DNA from: Phoronis australis
Lineage: Eukaryota; Animalia; Phoronida
Reading direction: 5' to 3'
Assembly (NCBI GenBank): GCA_002633005.1
Contig: NMRA01000801.1
Location: forward strand, 76,600 to 140,599
DNA length: 64,000 bases
This document shows positions 33,195 to 46,408 of this stretch, one piece after another (the stretch's first letter is position 1; every line of letters starts with the position of its first letter). The notes beneath the pieces are model-generated. The model saw nothing but the letters and a program-made list of their open reading frames with translations, had not been told where the DNA came from and searched no databases. The translations under genes were made by a program, and so were the position numbers.

Positions 33195-36100
33195 AAGACA
33201 GTGTGGTCATGGACTTTCGAAAGCGTACATAAATTATGTAATTGCAGTCGAATTTTATGTTGTGGAGAAAACCACGAGTTTCGTTACAAGTATGCATGAA
33301 AGCGGCATTTAGTCATATGCATCTAGCAGGATGGCTACAGTTATTAAAGATTTGTTCACTTTAAGATTTACTTCAATTTTGATCCCAAAACTATAAGAAA
33401 CAACACAAAACATTTCTGTAATGTCCTTACTCAGGGAAGCAATGTGTAGCATATTATTGATCATGCCAGCATTTTTTCAGTGACCTGAGCTGGCACTAAG
33501 TTCATGTGTTATAAGTGCACTTTAAAGACAGCCTCCAGCGACCAAAAGACCCTCTTAACACCAGAAATACGAGTATTTTTTTAATAAAATATTTTTGTTA
33601 CTTGCATACAACAGAACGTAATTAATTATGACGTGAATTACACCACCCATAATTCGTAGCCCCTTCTAGCGCCCCTTCTAGCGCCCCAGAGAAATTCTCA
33701 ACTAATCAGCGTATAGTGGTAGATATGACTTTGTGCCCTCAAAATGTCTCCTAAGCCTCACTGCGTAACAGCTGAGTGTCTTTTTTTTGGCGTAGGCTTA
33801 GGCTAGTTATCTGTCTTGTTGTGTAGGGATGCAGTAATGAAACGGCCTTGTCATACATTTGTGCATCTTCTCCGCCAATCCCGTCATGTGTTGGCGGGGA
33901 ATAGATTCATATCCACGCCTATGTGGGTAAAAATGACCAAATAAAATTGGACAAAAAAGTATTGTCATTAAAAGCTACACTGCTATACTTTGCGTAAACT
34001 AAATTATTTACCGGTGTTGGAAAAATGGGCTTTCAGCGATTGCGTCACGTGACCTGAACAGTCAACTGTTCTTTGCTGCCACGAGGTGGCGAACATGTCG
34101 CAACAAATTGTCGGAACTGGTTTCATTTCGTTACAAGTTTTTAGCATTTTTAATATCAAAAAAAAAATTTAAGAACAAACTGCTGTTGCGAAGCTGTCAT
34201 CACACCTCCAGATTGTCGCAAAAGTTTGGGATAGCGCGTGTGCGTATCACAAGCACACTGTTTTCGAAACGGCAGACTTTCTTTGTTAAAAAGCTCAAAA
34301 GGTGGAGAGTTATGCTAGAAAATGACGTTTATTAGGTTGTTTTTCACTTAAATGGCTGGCAGCGGGCAAGGTGTGTGTCGGAATTGTCTCCCAGATTTTG
34401 CATGCACCCCGTCGGTCATGAGCTCAGAGATATAAGTTTCCCGACGATGGGACTAGTAGAACTCGTACCTGGCCTGTATAAAACTTCATTATCTAATGGA
34501 GCTCAACACACGGTACCTTGCTGTATTTTGACGATAGTCTTCAAACAGCTAGCTAGCTGGCTACAAGATCTACAGTGCACATTTTATCGTTTCGTGTTAC
34601 TGCTCCGGCCGGGCGTATCGGGAATCCGTCCCAAATCAGAATATTCTGATTTGGGCCGTTCCCGTAATGGAATTCTGATACGGGCGGCCCATATCGTAAT
34701 ATCTTTTTTGATTGAATTTAAAACGTTAAATTGAATACAAATCCTTAAAATTCGGTGTGTTTTCATCGAATCGAGGTTTTATTTCATAGTTTCGATGTAT
34801 TACAGATACTCACAATGTTGTGTTCAATCTTTGTGCAATTGAGGTTGACCGAGTCTATATTCAAAATGGAGGCAACTATGGGTTGCAGGATTTCAAGGCG
34901 AATTATTTTGAAAACTTAAGTTTCTAATATTAAATTTTTCGATGAATTTGAATATAATTGCTTTGTACAAAAAGATTAAGCTAATATATGTTGCAAGTTT
35001 TCCACGTATTTTGCACCAAATTAAATGGCCTATTGTTGCCGATTCTAGGACGGGAGACACACTCGACAGCGGCCTGTATCGGAATCGCGCAGCGTTCACA
35101 CCTTCGGCTTGAAGAAGACATGAATGCAATGTTCCTAACATCAAAATTTTTGTATCAAGCAAACTACACTTTATAATAAAATGATATTGCCTGATAATTC
35201 GTAAGAAGCGTTTTGTTTTTTCGAGCCCAGTCATCCTCCCGGGGATTCCCATGCGGGCCCGTATTAGAATGTGCACTAAATAATTGAATAAAATGTTCCA
35301 AAGGTAATGATTTTGATCAATTTGAATATTAATTGACATGAAATGAACAGTTAATATGTTTTCTTGATTTTCCACATATTTTGCACTAAATTAAATGGCC
35401 AGTCATCCCTGATTCCAATACGATGGATAGATGGTGAAAGCCAAATTTGTGTGTCGATGATGTCATAGACTTCGATTGGTGCAAGCACCATCTCAAATTT
35501 TTTGGCGCTAAATGTGGTTCGTGATGGGGCTACTGTATTGTCAAAGGCCTACTTAATTAATGACTGGGTTATGCTATGATACCGTAGTTTGATGTTTTTC
35601 ATCAATACATGTATTTTAGATATAAAATTAGTCATTTTGGCATCATAGCAGGCCTTTAAGGTTACGGAGGACCTGCATTGAGCAAAAAATATATGGAACA
35701 AATGGACATCAGTTGTGTGGAAGCATATATTTTTGGATAGGAGATACCAGTCTGTCATTGATTGGGTTATGTGACCATGTCATTTACTAAAATTTGTCAT
35801 AAAAGAAAGGTAAAGCAATTGTATCAATAACATGGACTAGTTTCATTTCATATAAATGTTCATGATGAAATTTCTGAAACACTGTTTCAGTTTTCTGAAA
35901 GAGCATTTCGTTGTGGTTTTATGCAACTTTCATTTTCTCCTGAAAATCATAAAAGTACTTTTTTTTCATAGCCGATCAAGCAAAAATGCGACTAACAGCG
36001 TTTCTAAGAACGGCATGTTCATATCAACTTTTATATACTGTGCTTTTTAAGCTGTTCTCTAAAACGCTCTTAGTAATTGTTTGAGATTAATCTACTTTTG

Positions 36101-36369
36101 CATGAGGAGCTACAAAGGATTGAAAAGAATTTTTTAGTTTTTACAAAAAAAAACAGAAAAATTTCCTAGAAAGAAAATATGATAGAAAAAATTAATGAAA
36201 CTTGTAGTTCAGAATTGAGAAATCTGGTATCAGTTAATACAAGGGTCTCTAACCACTGTTACCCTGTTGTCTCATCACATTTGACAAAAATGAATTGTGG
36301 TTGAAAGTTGATGACTTATATAGGAATAAGGAACTGTTGGCATCTTTGGACATTCACTATTAGTTCTTG

Positions 36370-36725
36370 CAAAAGGGCCGTCCCGAATTTCACGGCCATA
36401 GAACTCTTCTATGTCCTGGAGATTAAAGAAAGCGTGTGACTTAGTTTTGGAAATCAGGCACATTTTCTTGCCTCATTGATGTCGAGGAAGGTGAAGAATT
36501 TCAGATCACGCATCCACGGGTATTTGCCCTGTTTATCAAACTTTTTCAGGTTGGAGTTACAGACCACAGCACAGCAGTACTTCTTAGGCTTTGGGAAGAC
36601 AGAATAGATCAATGCAATCCAGAAAAACATGTAAACAATCAAACAGCAACAAATAACACATAAAACTTCAGTGGCAGGAAAATGAGGCAGCAAATGTGCC
36701 TGAGGGATGTTCAATGTTTATGTGT
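36370..36725 (-). pseudogene. Degraded THAP-domain fragment, copy 2
   Basis: PKKYCCAVVCNSNLKKFDKQGKYPWMRDLKFFTF in ORF 36454..36714. Confidence 0.5.
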
Positions 36726-36764
36726 AATCCTGGAGGATCCTATTACTGTTTTGCCTAGTTTTCA

Positions 36765-37130
36765 ATCACTCATAGAATCAAACCACTATATTGCTTTTAA
36801 TGATGTAAAGATTTTAGACCATGATATGAACACAACTAACCTGTTGATCCATGAAGCCTTAGGCATCAATGAGCTCCATGCTGAGTACTGCTTGAATAGG
36901 AACATAGGGACTTTCAACCCTCAGTTGTGGTAGCTGATAGTGGAGTTCATTTCACTGGATGTCTCTCTACTAGTAACTTGTATTATGCACTTTGATGTGC
37001 ATGCAGTTGATTGTTATTGTGAATTGATGTAGAGCATGACTCATACCTGATGATGATTTAAACTATTCATTCGAAACATCAATCATGAATGTTGTTGGGT
37101 TGAAACTTCCTCTATTTTGTGAATATTCCC
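36765..37130 (+). mobile_element. Second Penelope-like 3' remnant (end of GIY-YIG domain plus decayed hammerhead at ~37047-37080)
   Basis: SNHYIAFNDVKILDHD...LLIHEALGI...LNRNIG; downstream CTGATGAT...CGAAACATC. Confidence 0.6.
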
Positions 37131-38069
37131 AAGGTGACGTACTTGCTTGAAAGTACCAGAGCGCTTTAGTTTGACACCAATAGTATGTAGGTCTCTAATG
37201 CATGAACCTAAAGTAGACTAGGGTGTATGAAGTAGGGTAATCTTTATTTAATGTCGGTGCATGGCTGCACACAGAACTCAGCAATGACCAACTAGAAAAT
37301 ATAAAAAGAAAAGCCGTAGGTGTAAACAACCAACGAGTGAGTCTGGACACTTAGCATGTCTGCTGGAGCTGATTCACTATTTCAACTTACAATACTACTG
37401 GGGGTGTTCTGTAGATAAGCCCTCCCGATAAAACGCCCATGGGCGTTTATTTGGAAATTATGCCAAATACACGCCCATGGGCATTTATTTGGTGTGAGAA
37501 CTTGTGGTGTCGATTGTCCAGACAGTGGGACGTTTATTTGGAAATTTTCCTCTTAAAAACCTGCTCAGCGTCAACTTTTTGTCACAAATTCAGTTTTGTG
37601 GAGCATTTATCATTTACAAAAATGAACAAGGTGTTGGCGAACTATGCATCTATTAACAAAAAATTTTAAAATGCAGTGAAAAAGTGTCAAGTCCAGCAAA
37701 ACTATGGCTTTCCGTTTACACCCCCCCCTTTTTCCGAATAACCACTCGGGTGTTTTAGGTGTTGCTAAAACGCCTGAAAATTTTCGTTTTCCAAATACAC
37801 GCCCATGGGCTAATTTACAGAAATTCTGGGTTCCTTAGGCGTAACATGCAAACAAATAACTATGCTCAGGTGATATCAATAGACATTCAGGGACAACGCA
37901 GTGACATAAGATGACATTATTAAATCATTCTTTACTGATGCACTGGGAAGTGGATCTCATATTCAGAAGTAAATAAGGAGTTTTGATGATTTTCTGATCT
38001 TGGCCAAGATGCATGTTTATAAACAGGAAAACGTAGCATGTAACATATTAGTTAAGATTATCTCAAACT

Positions 38070-39440
38070 TTATTTAGAGGCCTCCATTCTAACTCTTATA
38101 TCAAAAAGACTAAGCTTTCTCAACTAATAAAAGTACCGTATATATTTTCTGAAAGAAAAAAATCAGGGAATTTTGAAATATTTCTTTTGTATTTTTGTGC
38201 CATTATTGTTATTACGTTAACACCTTTTTAGGTCAAAATTTCATTTTTAAGAAAGGTACATTCATAGCAAAATAACCCCTCGGTCCATTTTAATGAAACC
38301 TTTTTTGAATGAAAACTTCACCAGTTACCTCAAAAAAATGTTAGGAATTTTCAGTTAGTCTTTTCGTTTGATGAAGCAACTCGCAAAACATAAGGTATTC
38401 ATGTTTGTTACATTACGCAAAAACGAGGCATGTCGAAAATCCTAGCAGCGTGCTTGAGATTGATGAAGTTTCAACGAAATCCACCTAGTCATTTTCAAGA
38501 ACTCATGTTCCTAAGTTCAAATAAAGTTGATTTGCCGAAGCAGAGAAAAAGCCGATTGAACTAGGACGAGTGAAAATCTCAAAGTCTTCGGAATTGTTTT
38601 TGGTGAAAACTTGTTTTCAGTAAATATAACCTATACATGCCTTGGATATGCTAGCTACATCAACATTCACTCGCATTGTCACCTGAATTTGCAATGCGTA
38701 ATTAACATAATTATTAAAATGTACCGTCCCCAGCCACGAGGTGGGATCAAGTTTTACTGTTGCTTAACCTACTTAGAAGTACCAGTAGGTCATAGTTCAT
38801 TGTTATACACATAGTCTGTACACATCATGTGCCGGGAGTTTGATACGAAACCAAGTAAGAAATGGATAACAAAAATTGAATCTGTGGTTAAAGCATGTCG
38901 TTAGCATGAGATCCAAAATGCGAAATGTTAATATAGTAAGTGAATTAAGGAATTTGGGTGAGGATTTATCTCTTTTCACAACATGCTGTGTTCATGACCA
39001 CAGAGGCGTGAGGCGACTCGTAGCATTCGTTCTCAGCGCCAACAGTCGTATGAATGTAGATGCACAACTCCCTCAGGATCAAAACTACATTTTGTATTTG
39101 TTTTCTCCAGCACCATTCTATCATAAGTACACCTCGTTGACTCAATATTATGGCGACTTGGTGAATGAAAGGATTGAGGGCATACAAAGCTGCTCTGTAC
39201 CTGGCAGAAGATTCAATTTGAGTGACAGCCCTGTAACCTTTGACCTCGGATAAGTAGTAAACAAATATCCACGCAATTGTGTGGTTCTGAGGTGGTTCTG
39301 CTAAATCTTTTTTCTCGCTACGCGGTTTTTATATTTTGTATTTGAAGTTCCCCGAGAATGAAGATAAAGTATTTTGCTAGACACATTTGAAATATTGTAA
39401 AAATGGCCAATTTTTGTGAATAATGTTTAAGATCACCTTA
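38070..39440 (+). repeat. Old interspersed repeat family (homolog at ~51820-53000)
   Basis: Shared blocks CATTCTAACTC, GTCAAAATTTCATTTTTAAG, CAACTCCCTCAGGATCAAAAC and GATAAGTAGTAAACAAAT. Confidence 0.65.
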
Positions 39441-40049
39441 ATTTTGGTAGGTATTTTCTAGTTATTGATCCAGGTTAACCCTGGAGATTAGAACTTCAAT
39501 TAAGCAAGGCACAGGTTTCAAAATGAGTAGAGGTGCCTGCCAATACCAACTTTTTAACCGAAAATGTGTCCATGTCCATTTTGCAAATAAGATTTTACTA
39601 AGAAGTATAGTCGTTCTCACTAAAACTTGACGATGTTCTCGTTAAATATCCCTATGCAAATTTTCACTCAGTTAATTTTCAAGTAATTTAGTTTTATTTT
39701 TTCTCGGTTTTTGAGATGACTTGGAAAGCGAGGCAAATTTCATTGAAATTGTCTACTTTGAAAACTGCTGAGTGTCAAGTATATACAGAGTTAGTGAGCG
39801 TGCTTGCTGCTTAAAGACTATCATCAAGAATACAGTTAGGGTACTTATGCTCATCACATTGTCATGAAATTGATAGCATCATGTAGACCTCAAGACCCTA
39901 CGTGGAAAATCTGGTAGTAGGTAACGGACGCTCATGGGCACCTTACTCATTACATCCTTCTAAGAGAAAAATGTCATTTTCTTGCATCACCCTTCTGCTT
40001 TTGTAAAAAAAAGAAAAAAGACTGTTGTGAATGAAAACTGTCCCCTCAT

Positions 40050-40537
40050 CAGGCCTTTATCCAGGATTTCGAAAATAGGGTGTCCAAAACGGGGTTCCCA
40101 ATATTCCAGGGCGTCCATGATTCCGATGCGTAACCCCCCAGCCCCAGCAGTCCCCCCCAAACACACATTTTTTTACAAAAAAAATGCATAGACCAAGGTT
40201 TTTACATCTAAGTTTACAAAACAGCCTTCTGCAGTGAGCATTTTTACTAAAAAAACTGTGTAGATCAAGACTTTTACATTGCTATCAACCAAGTGTGAGT
40301 GTAGCAACATTGTATATACTTTGTAAATTGTATATGTCTTCCTGCTTTTTAAAAAGAGCCACCACTGTGACTATTCACAGGCTTCCTAGTAATCATTACA
40401 ATGTGTGTGTCCAAACTTGAGAAGTTCCTATTGATAGTGGGCGACCAAATGATACATTGGGCGTCCTTGCCATTGCGTCCATATTAGTGCTAGGGCATCC
40501 ATTTGAATGCCCAGGACCTACGCTTCATAAAGGCCTG
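40050..40537. mobile_element. MITE with CAGGCCTTTAT TIRs and 7-bp TSD CCCTCAT
   Basis: CCCTCAT|CAGGCCTTTAT...ATAAAGGCCTG|CCCTCAT; relatives at ~53298-53670 (inverted) and ~60950-61051. Confidence 0.82.
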
Positions 40538-41573
40538 CCCTCATGATCCGCGCTTGCGCCATTTGATTTATTTTTTTCTGGATGTGTGACAACTTTGCAA
40601 AACTAATATTTGTTCAGAAATTAGTTTTGCTGGTAATAAATCACTACTTCTAAAATAGTGAAACTTATCGGGGTAACTTATGAACTGCACAACTTTGTGG
40701 TAAAAGAAGAGTTGATTGAAGAATCTGTGAAAAGAGAAATTGACCTATTGGTGATACTTAGTTCATGGCTCTGAAAATGTCCTTTATACTGGCATTGACA
40801 CTTTGATGTTTTGAGGAGTTGCGGTCAGTATGAACGGTTAACTTCGGCCCCAGTGAACAGTGTCAGTTAATGTTTCGGTAAACAGGTGGATCTTACAGCA
40901 GAGCGTCGATGCTGCGGTGCAGTAGGAATGGTCTAATTGGGTGTCATCGAATTTATCGCCAGCGGCCACTATTATTGCTCAACCCTGACTTACAATTTTA
41001 TCCAATCCTCATTCTGTCACCTGCTAATGCATCATTGTTGTCAATCTTAAAAGATAAATACAGGAAATAATAAAAACTCATACTAATCCCTATGTCGCAG
41101 ATATTTTGGTTCTTGTTAGGTGGTCTTTCCCCAGTTGCCTGGCTAAAAGTATAGGTGAGGCGTGCCGTTTAGCAGACCTTGAAAGGAGTTTTCAAATTTT
41201 CTTCCCAACTGCTGAGGGTTGTCAAGGGTTACAGAGCGTTATTTTGCTTCAGGGACTTGCGGATCAGAACGTCGTTTTTATTATAATAGGCAGAAACCAG
41301 GTTTGGTATCTTCATTAAAAGGCAGTGTTGTCACTAATATTTGCTATTATTTTGCTTGAATAATCATCAGTCGTATTAGAAATAATTCTTTGTCAGTTAT
41401 CACTCGTAAATGTTCAAAAATTGTCACATTAAAATTTTTTTCGCACACATGAAATGCATCATCGCTACCTTGCAATTACTTTGATGACGACAACGTCATC
41501 TACTGTTTATTTCGATGTTGTTAACTTTCGAAGCTGGTTTGAACGCTTCCATTAACTTGGCTGTATACATCTG

Positions 41574-42266
41574 CACCCGGTCTCCAATCTCCGTACTCAG
41601 ACTCGTACTCATACTCGAGATTTCATACTCAAAATCGTGCTCACTGGAGTCGTACTCAAAAAGGCGTATCTAATGTCGTATTTCGAGTAGACTCCAAACG
41701 TACTCAAATCTGACACTCATACTGGAGTTGTTATGGAACTGTTTATGATGTGAAATGCAAAACCACGCAGTCTCGCTGATTCATCGCTCCCCATTGGAAT
41801 AGACCACCCCAAGAACTAGGCCTACATTATAGTCTGCTGTCGCTACAACTACAAGAGTATGTCTATAACGTGGAATTCTGAGTGTTCTGTAACTGTTATT
41901 CATTTTTTAGTTTCAATAAATATTCTTATGCCATTTCTTTGATACGTTTGGCAATTATTAAGCTTTACTTCTTGAGTTCCTTACCCAGTCCCGAAAACGT
42001 CTTAAGAAATATGTAACAGCTTTATCACATCACATCTCTGTTGCTAATTTAGTCTTGACATAAAACCCATTGCTGTGTAGGCCTACGCTGATGTCAAACT
42101 TTGGTACTGTATCTTTGCATTTTACTGAGTACGTGCTCAAAATTTCGAGTACAGATTTTTCGAGTATGACATTGAATACACCAAAGCTGAGTCTGTACTC
42201 GAGTTGAGTATGAAGTGTGAGTTTGAGCATGATTCGAGTCTGAGTACGGAGATTGGAGACCGGGCC
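41574..42266. mobile_element. Harbinger-like MITE with ~29-bp TIRs
   Basis: CCCGGTCTCCAATCTCCGTACTCAGACTCG / CGAGTCTGAGTACGGAGATTGGAGACCGGG; CTG/CAG flanks. Confidence 0.8.
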
Positions 42267-42912
42267 CAGGCAGTATACATGGACGCTCTGCTCATACCAG
42301 AGTTCAGTGAGTATGAAGGGGCCTAAAAAACAAGTAAAAAGTCCCTTGCTCTGTTAAGCAGAATTTGAATAATGGCCTGAACCAATTTAGGATATATATT
42401 TCTTTATGACACCACTTTTATGGCTGATTTTGATTCACCAGTTTTTACCTACATGGTTCTAAAGCTGTATTTTTAGTTTATAGGTTTGCACCAAGGCTAA
42501 TCCACATTCCACACACCCTTACTTCAGTAGTTAAGAACAACTGATTGACATCTGGTTCTTCAATTTCTATTTCCACCCTCAGAAACAGTGGACTGGTCTG
42601 GCAATCTGCACTCTTATCAAGCAGTTATGTAATTTCTGGATATTGACCCTGTGACCTAGATTTGATGGCTAGCAATATTGCATAATGCCTTACCTCTGTG
42701 AGGGGGCTGTATCCAAACTGTGTCCTATTTGATTTGTTACTAAGTCCTGGGTCAAGTTCAATATTGCTAGTGCCTTGCTAGAAAAGCCAGATAACAGAGT
42801 CCTATATATGAGCAAAGTTCCTAATGAAACCAAAAAAATCTGATTGGAACTTTTACTCTCGTAAAATAGGAGAAATACTATTCTTTACCATTCTATTTCT
42901 GTTTAATAATAA

Positions 42913-44598
42913 AGGAGCTTGCCACCCAAAAAGCAACCTAATTTGTATCAATTTATATCCAGTAGTTCTACTCCATAACGACACGTACGGTTGCGTTACC
43001 TGACACCTGACGGCAGATGGAGGTGTTGAAATTATCCAATGATGTCATCGGTTTCACACGCAATCTGTTCAGCAGTTCACAACACAGGTTACTGGTGTCT
43101 GCTTATCGCTTGAAGTCATTGTTTAACACCAATATATCATCAAACTTCGATGTAAAACCCTTAAAAATACACCGAGTTCTTATAAAAACGTGTTGTTTTA
43201 TTTCGCTCATACGGATTTATTGGTATTTGGACACACCGTAGCCTACAAAGTTCAGCAGGCCAATAAGGTCCATAGCAGGAGTTTGGAGTTTGTTCGAAGA
43301 TAATTTAAATGTATTTTCCGTGAGATACAGACAGGAGAACCTAGATCTGTGTTGTTTAGACTAGTGATTTTTTGAGTTCTAAACACAAAACACTTGTTAT
43401 CCTGACCAGTGGCTCGGAGCCTGATCAGGCCCGTTGCGGCCGCTCGGATTGACTCGTTATCCCGGCCCAGCAGTGGCTCGGAAACTGATCAGACATCACG
43501 AACATAAACCAGCCAAAGTTCAGTAGAAACTAAACTTCCACTCAAGAAAATACTATACTAGTGAGCCAAAGTAATGTGCACGTGATTATGTTGGTGAATT
43601 GGCCACAAAACTGCAAATCTACTTACTCGTCGGGGGCCGCGAATTCACGTTCCGCTTTGGCCACAGCACCCTCAGGGCAGAAGTTGTACATTGACAATCA
43701 TTATTTGAGTAATGTAAATGTAAATAAAGATTCCCCTAACACCTGGCCGTGGGATGGAAATCTAGTTGTTTCACAACAGTTTCTGCCTGCAAACACGAAA
43801 TTAGCATGAGCTCACACGGCCTCGGTGTCCCGTCAATTAGTTTTATTGCACCTAAAGCCGGGTAACGCAGTGATTTATTCATTGCTGGCTTTTCAAATCA
43901 TTTGCACTCGCGAACACTCCAAAGGCATTACAAATTGCATCTAATGAGACAGACTTTGTTTCAGTTTTATATAAGTATTGGTTAGAGTGAGAATAATTCA
44001 TTTTGAAACAGAACGCTCAGTAATAAACGCCAACATGGCAACCGTCGCAATCCCGACTTACGACGAGCTAGAGCTCAACAGACCCGACTTCGCAGGTGGA
44101 TCGTTAAGTTTTACAGGCTATCAATTCGAACAGGAATACAGTGATGAAGAAATACTAGAGAGGCGCCGTGAACAAGCTCAGACAATGGAACGTATGGAGT
44201 TATTTGGTAAGCCGGCATTCGTCAGGCACTGTCGATGTCTGCAGGCCACAGACACGGAGATGTTTCACGGCCTCATAGTTGCTATTTACAGCGTACATTT
44301 CATTCTTCACTACCATGAGCCACTTCCTAAGCATTTCGGACTCTCGAGGAAGTAAAAAAAACCGATATACCCACTTTCCTCGCAGCTGCTTAGTTCGGAC
44401 AAACGGGAATGATGCACCGCAACATAGCGGCATTCGCTCTGCACATGAACCACTGACGTCGCTAGCGTAATTTCTCACCTTCCTCACAGGTTAACGTGAC
44501 ACCTTTTGGCAAGGTAAGGTCGACCGTATGCGAGGCGATGTGGATATAGACCGATTAAGACGGCAAAAAAGACTAATTAAATCGGGTGGCATTCTCCT
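42913..44598. mobile_element. Centrally deleted Kolobok transposon with convergent remnants of a KolX-like ORF (+, from 44035) and a THAP transposase N-terminus (-, from 44433)
   Basis: TIRs AGGAGCTTGCCACCC / GGGTGGCATTCTCCT|TTAA; + strand MATVAIP...GYQFEQEYSDEEILERRR; - strand MPLCC..PVCPN...F.LPRESEMLRKWLMVVK...LRVCGL. Confidence 0.72.
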
Positions 44599-45819
44599 TT
44601 AAGTTTGTTCAAAGAACAATATGTTTTTGTAAAGTGGTCAAACAAGAAAACTTTGTTCCTTGTTGAACTATGGTTATCGAAAGAAATCTGGGAATATTAC
44701 TTAACTTTTAATATCAAACACTGGAAATTCAATAAACATGGATTTACAGGAAGTGAACCAAGGCACAGAATGCAGATGTGAGCAGAGTACATGAATTGAC
44801 GAGCAACATTGTGGGGCGAAATGTTTTCACGACAGTCTGCATTATCAACGGTCACTCAGAAAATTGCGTGGCTTTTCATCGTTGTATTTACATGTTCTGC
44901 GTATTCAAATTTTCATTCAAAGATATCACGACTTCTTACATTATTTATTATACAAATTATCACTAGATGACCACACAAAATGTGAACTCGCATTTCTGAA
45001 AAAAAATTTTGCGGAGCGTGTAATCATGCTAATATCATTATAGTAGCAATAAATTCTTTTCAAAGTTTCCATTGTCTAGTTTCACTTCCAAATAAAAATT
45101 TGTCTGTGTTCTTGCGAAATTTGTCAACTACACCAATAATATGAAGTAATGCCTGACAATCACTGTTTATAACTGAATATTTATTGAAATCAGGTTGCTA
45201 ATTGTAACTTTCAAAGAAATTTATCAGTCCGTCTATATCTGACCTTTGATTGTCTTTTTTGTCGATTTTTCAGCGAATAAGCCATCGTTTTGTGGCCCTC
45301 TGGGACTCGTCCCTTCCAAGCTATCTCTTTTATGTGACCACATTGAAATGTGTGTGTGTGCCATCTTCTATGTGTGACATCTACTGCTGTATCTCCTAAA
45401 CTTCTTGCAGAATTTTAATGAGATTTTGTTGAGGCGTTCCAATGAATCTGATGGCTGATGGCGACCAGTTTCGAACAATCTGACTTATGCCATGCTCCCT
45501 AGTGTCAATTTTATTTTTTATGTTTGCTTCTACAGAGATCCTTGCTGAATTTTCATGAAATTAATCTAAAAGGTTTTTATAAAAAAAAACAACTATGCTA
45601 TTACATTTTTGGGTGAATTTGACAATTTTACGCGACCTTGTGTCCATTTTTGTTGCCTCAAGTGACGACCTCTCTATCCATTAAGGATTGTTAAGAAAAT
45701 TTGCTGATGTTTTCATAATGAGAATACCACAGCTGATGTTGATTTTCCAACTTCTGTGTGTCACCTAATGGGCACTTTTGTTTATTGGATCCACTGCTGA
45801 ACTTGCGTGTGTGCGGATT

Positions 45820-46161
45820 CATTATCTTGGTGATTGCATGGTCAAATTAGTTTGAAATACAACATGTGAGTATGAAGTGGGTTGAAAATTGCCAAATGTT
45901 TTTAAGAACAGGTTTTGTGTCGAAAATGGTCCCCCGTAAATCACTCCACGGTGTCCTGTAAGTATCCTGATGTGGTGTTAAGGAATAACACTGCATGATG
46001 CTGGTTATGTGAGCCCCTAAGGTACATCATTAGTGCAAAGGGTCACCTATTTGGAGATTTTTTTGTTTTCACATTTACAAGTTGTCATTGAATACAACTG
46101 CACGTTGTTTAGCTTAAAGGATTTTCAAATAGCATTGTCGTTTAGTTCCTGCTATACATTA
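45820..46161 (+). repeat. Interspersed non-coding repeat, copy 2 (homolog of 946-1272)
   Basis: Shared sequence blocks. Confidence 0.75.
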
Positions 46162-46408
46162 GATAGGATCATGCAAGATATCTCTTTGGTGCTGACAACA
46201 TGACAGCGAGTCGGTCCAAATACCGCTGTGCCTTCTTAGTACATAAGTTGTCTTTTACGTTAACCTCTGTATCTTTGGAGTTCACTTAATGGATTTTCAA
46301 GAAATACAACAAACCACCGTCGCAGTAAAATGTTCAGACACCTATAGAAACAATCTTGTTCCGGCTGAAGCGGGCAATTAAAAACAAAATTATTCCTGGT
46401 GGCTAAAA

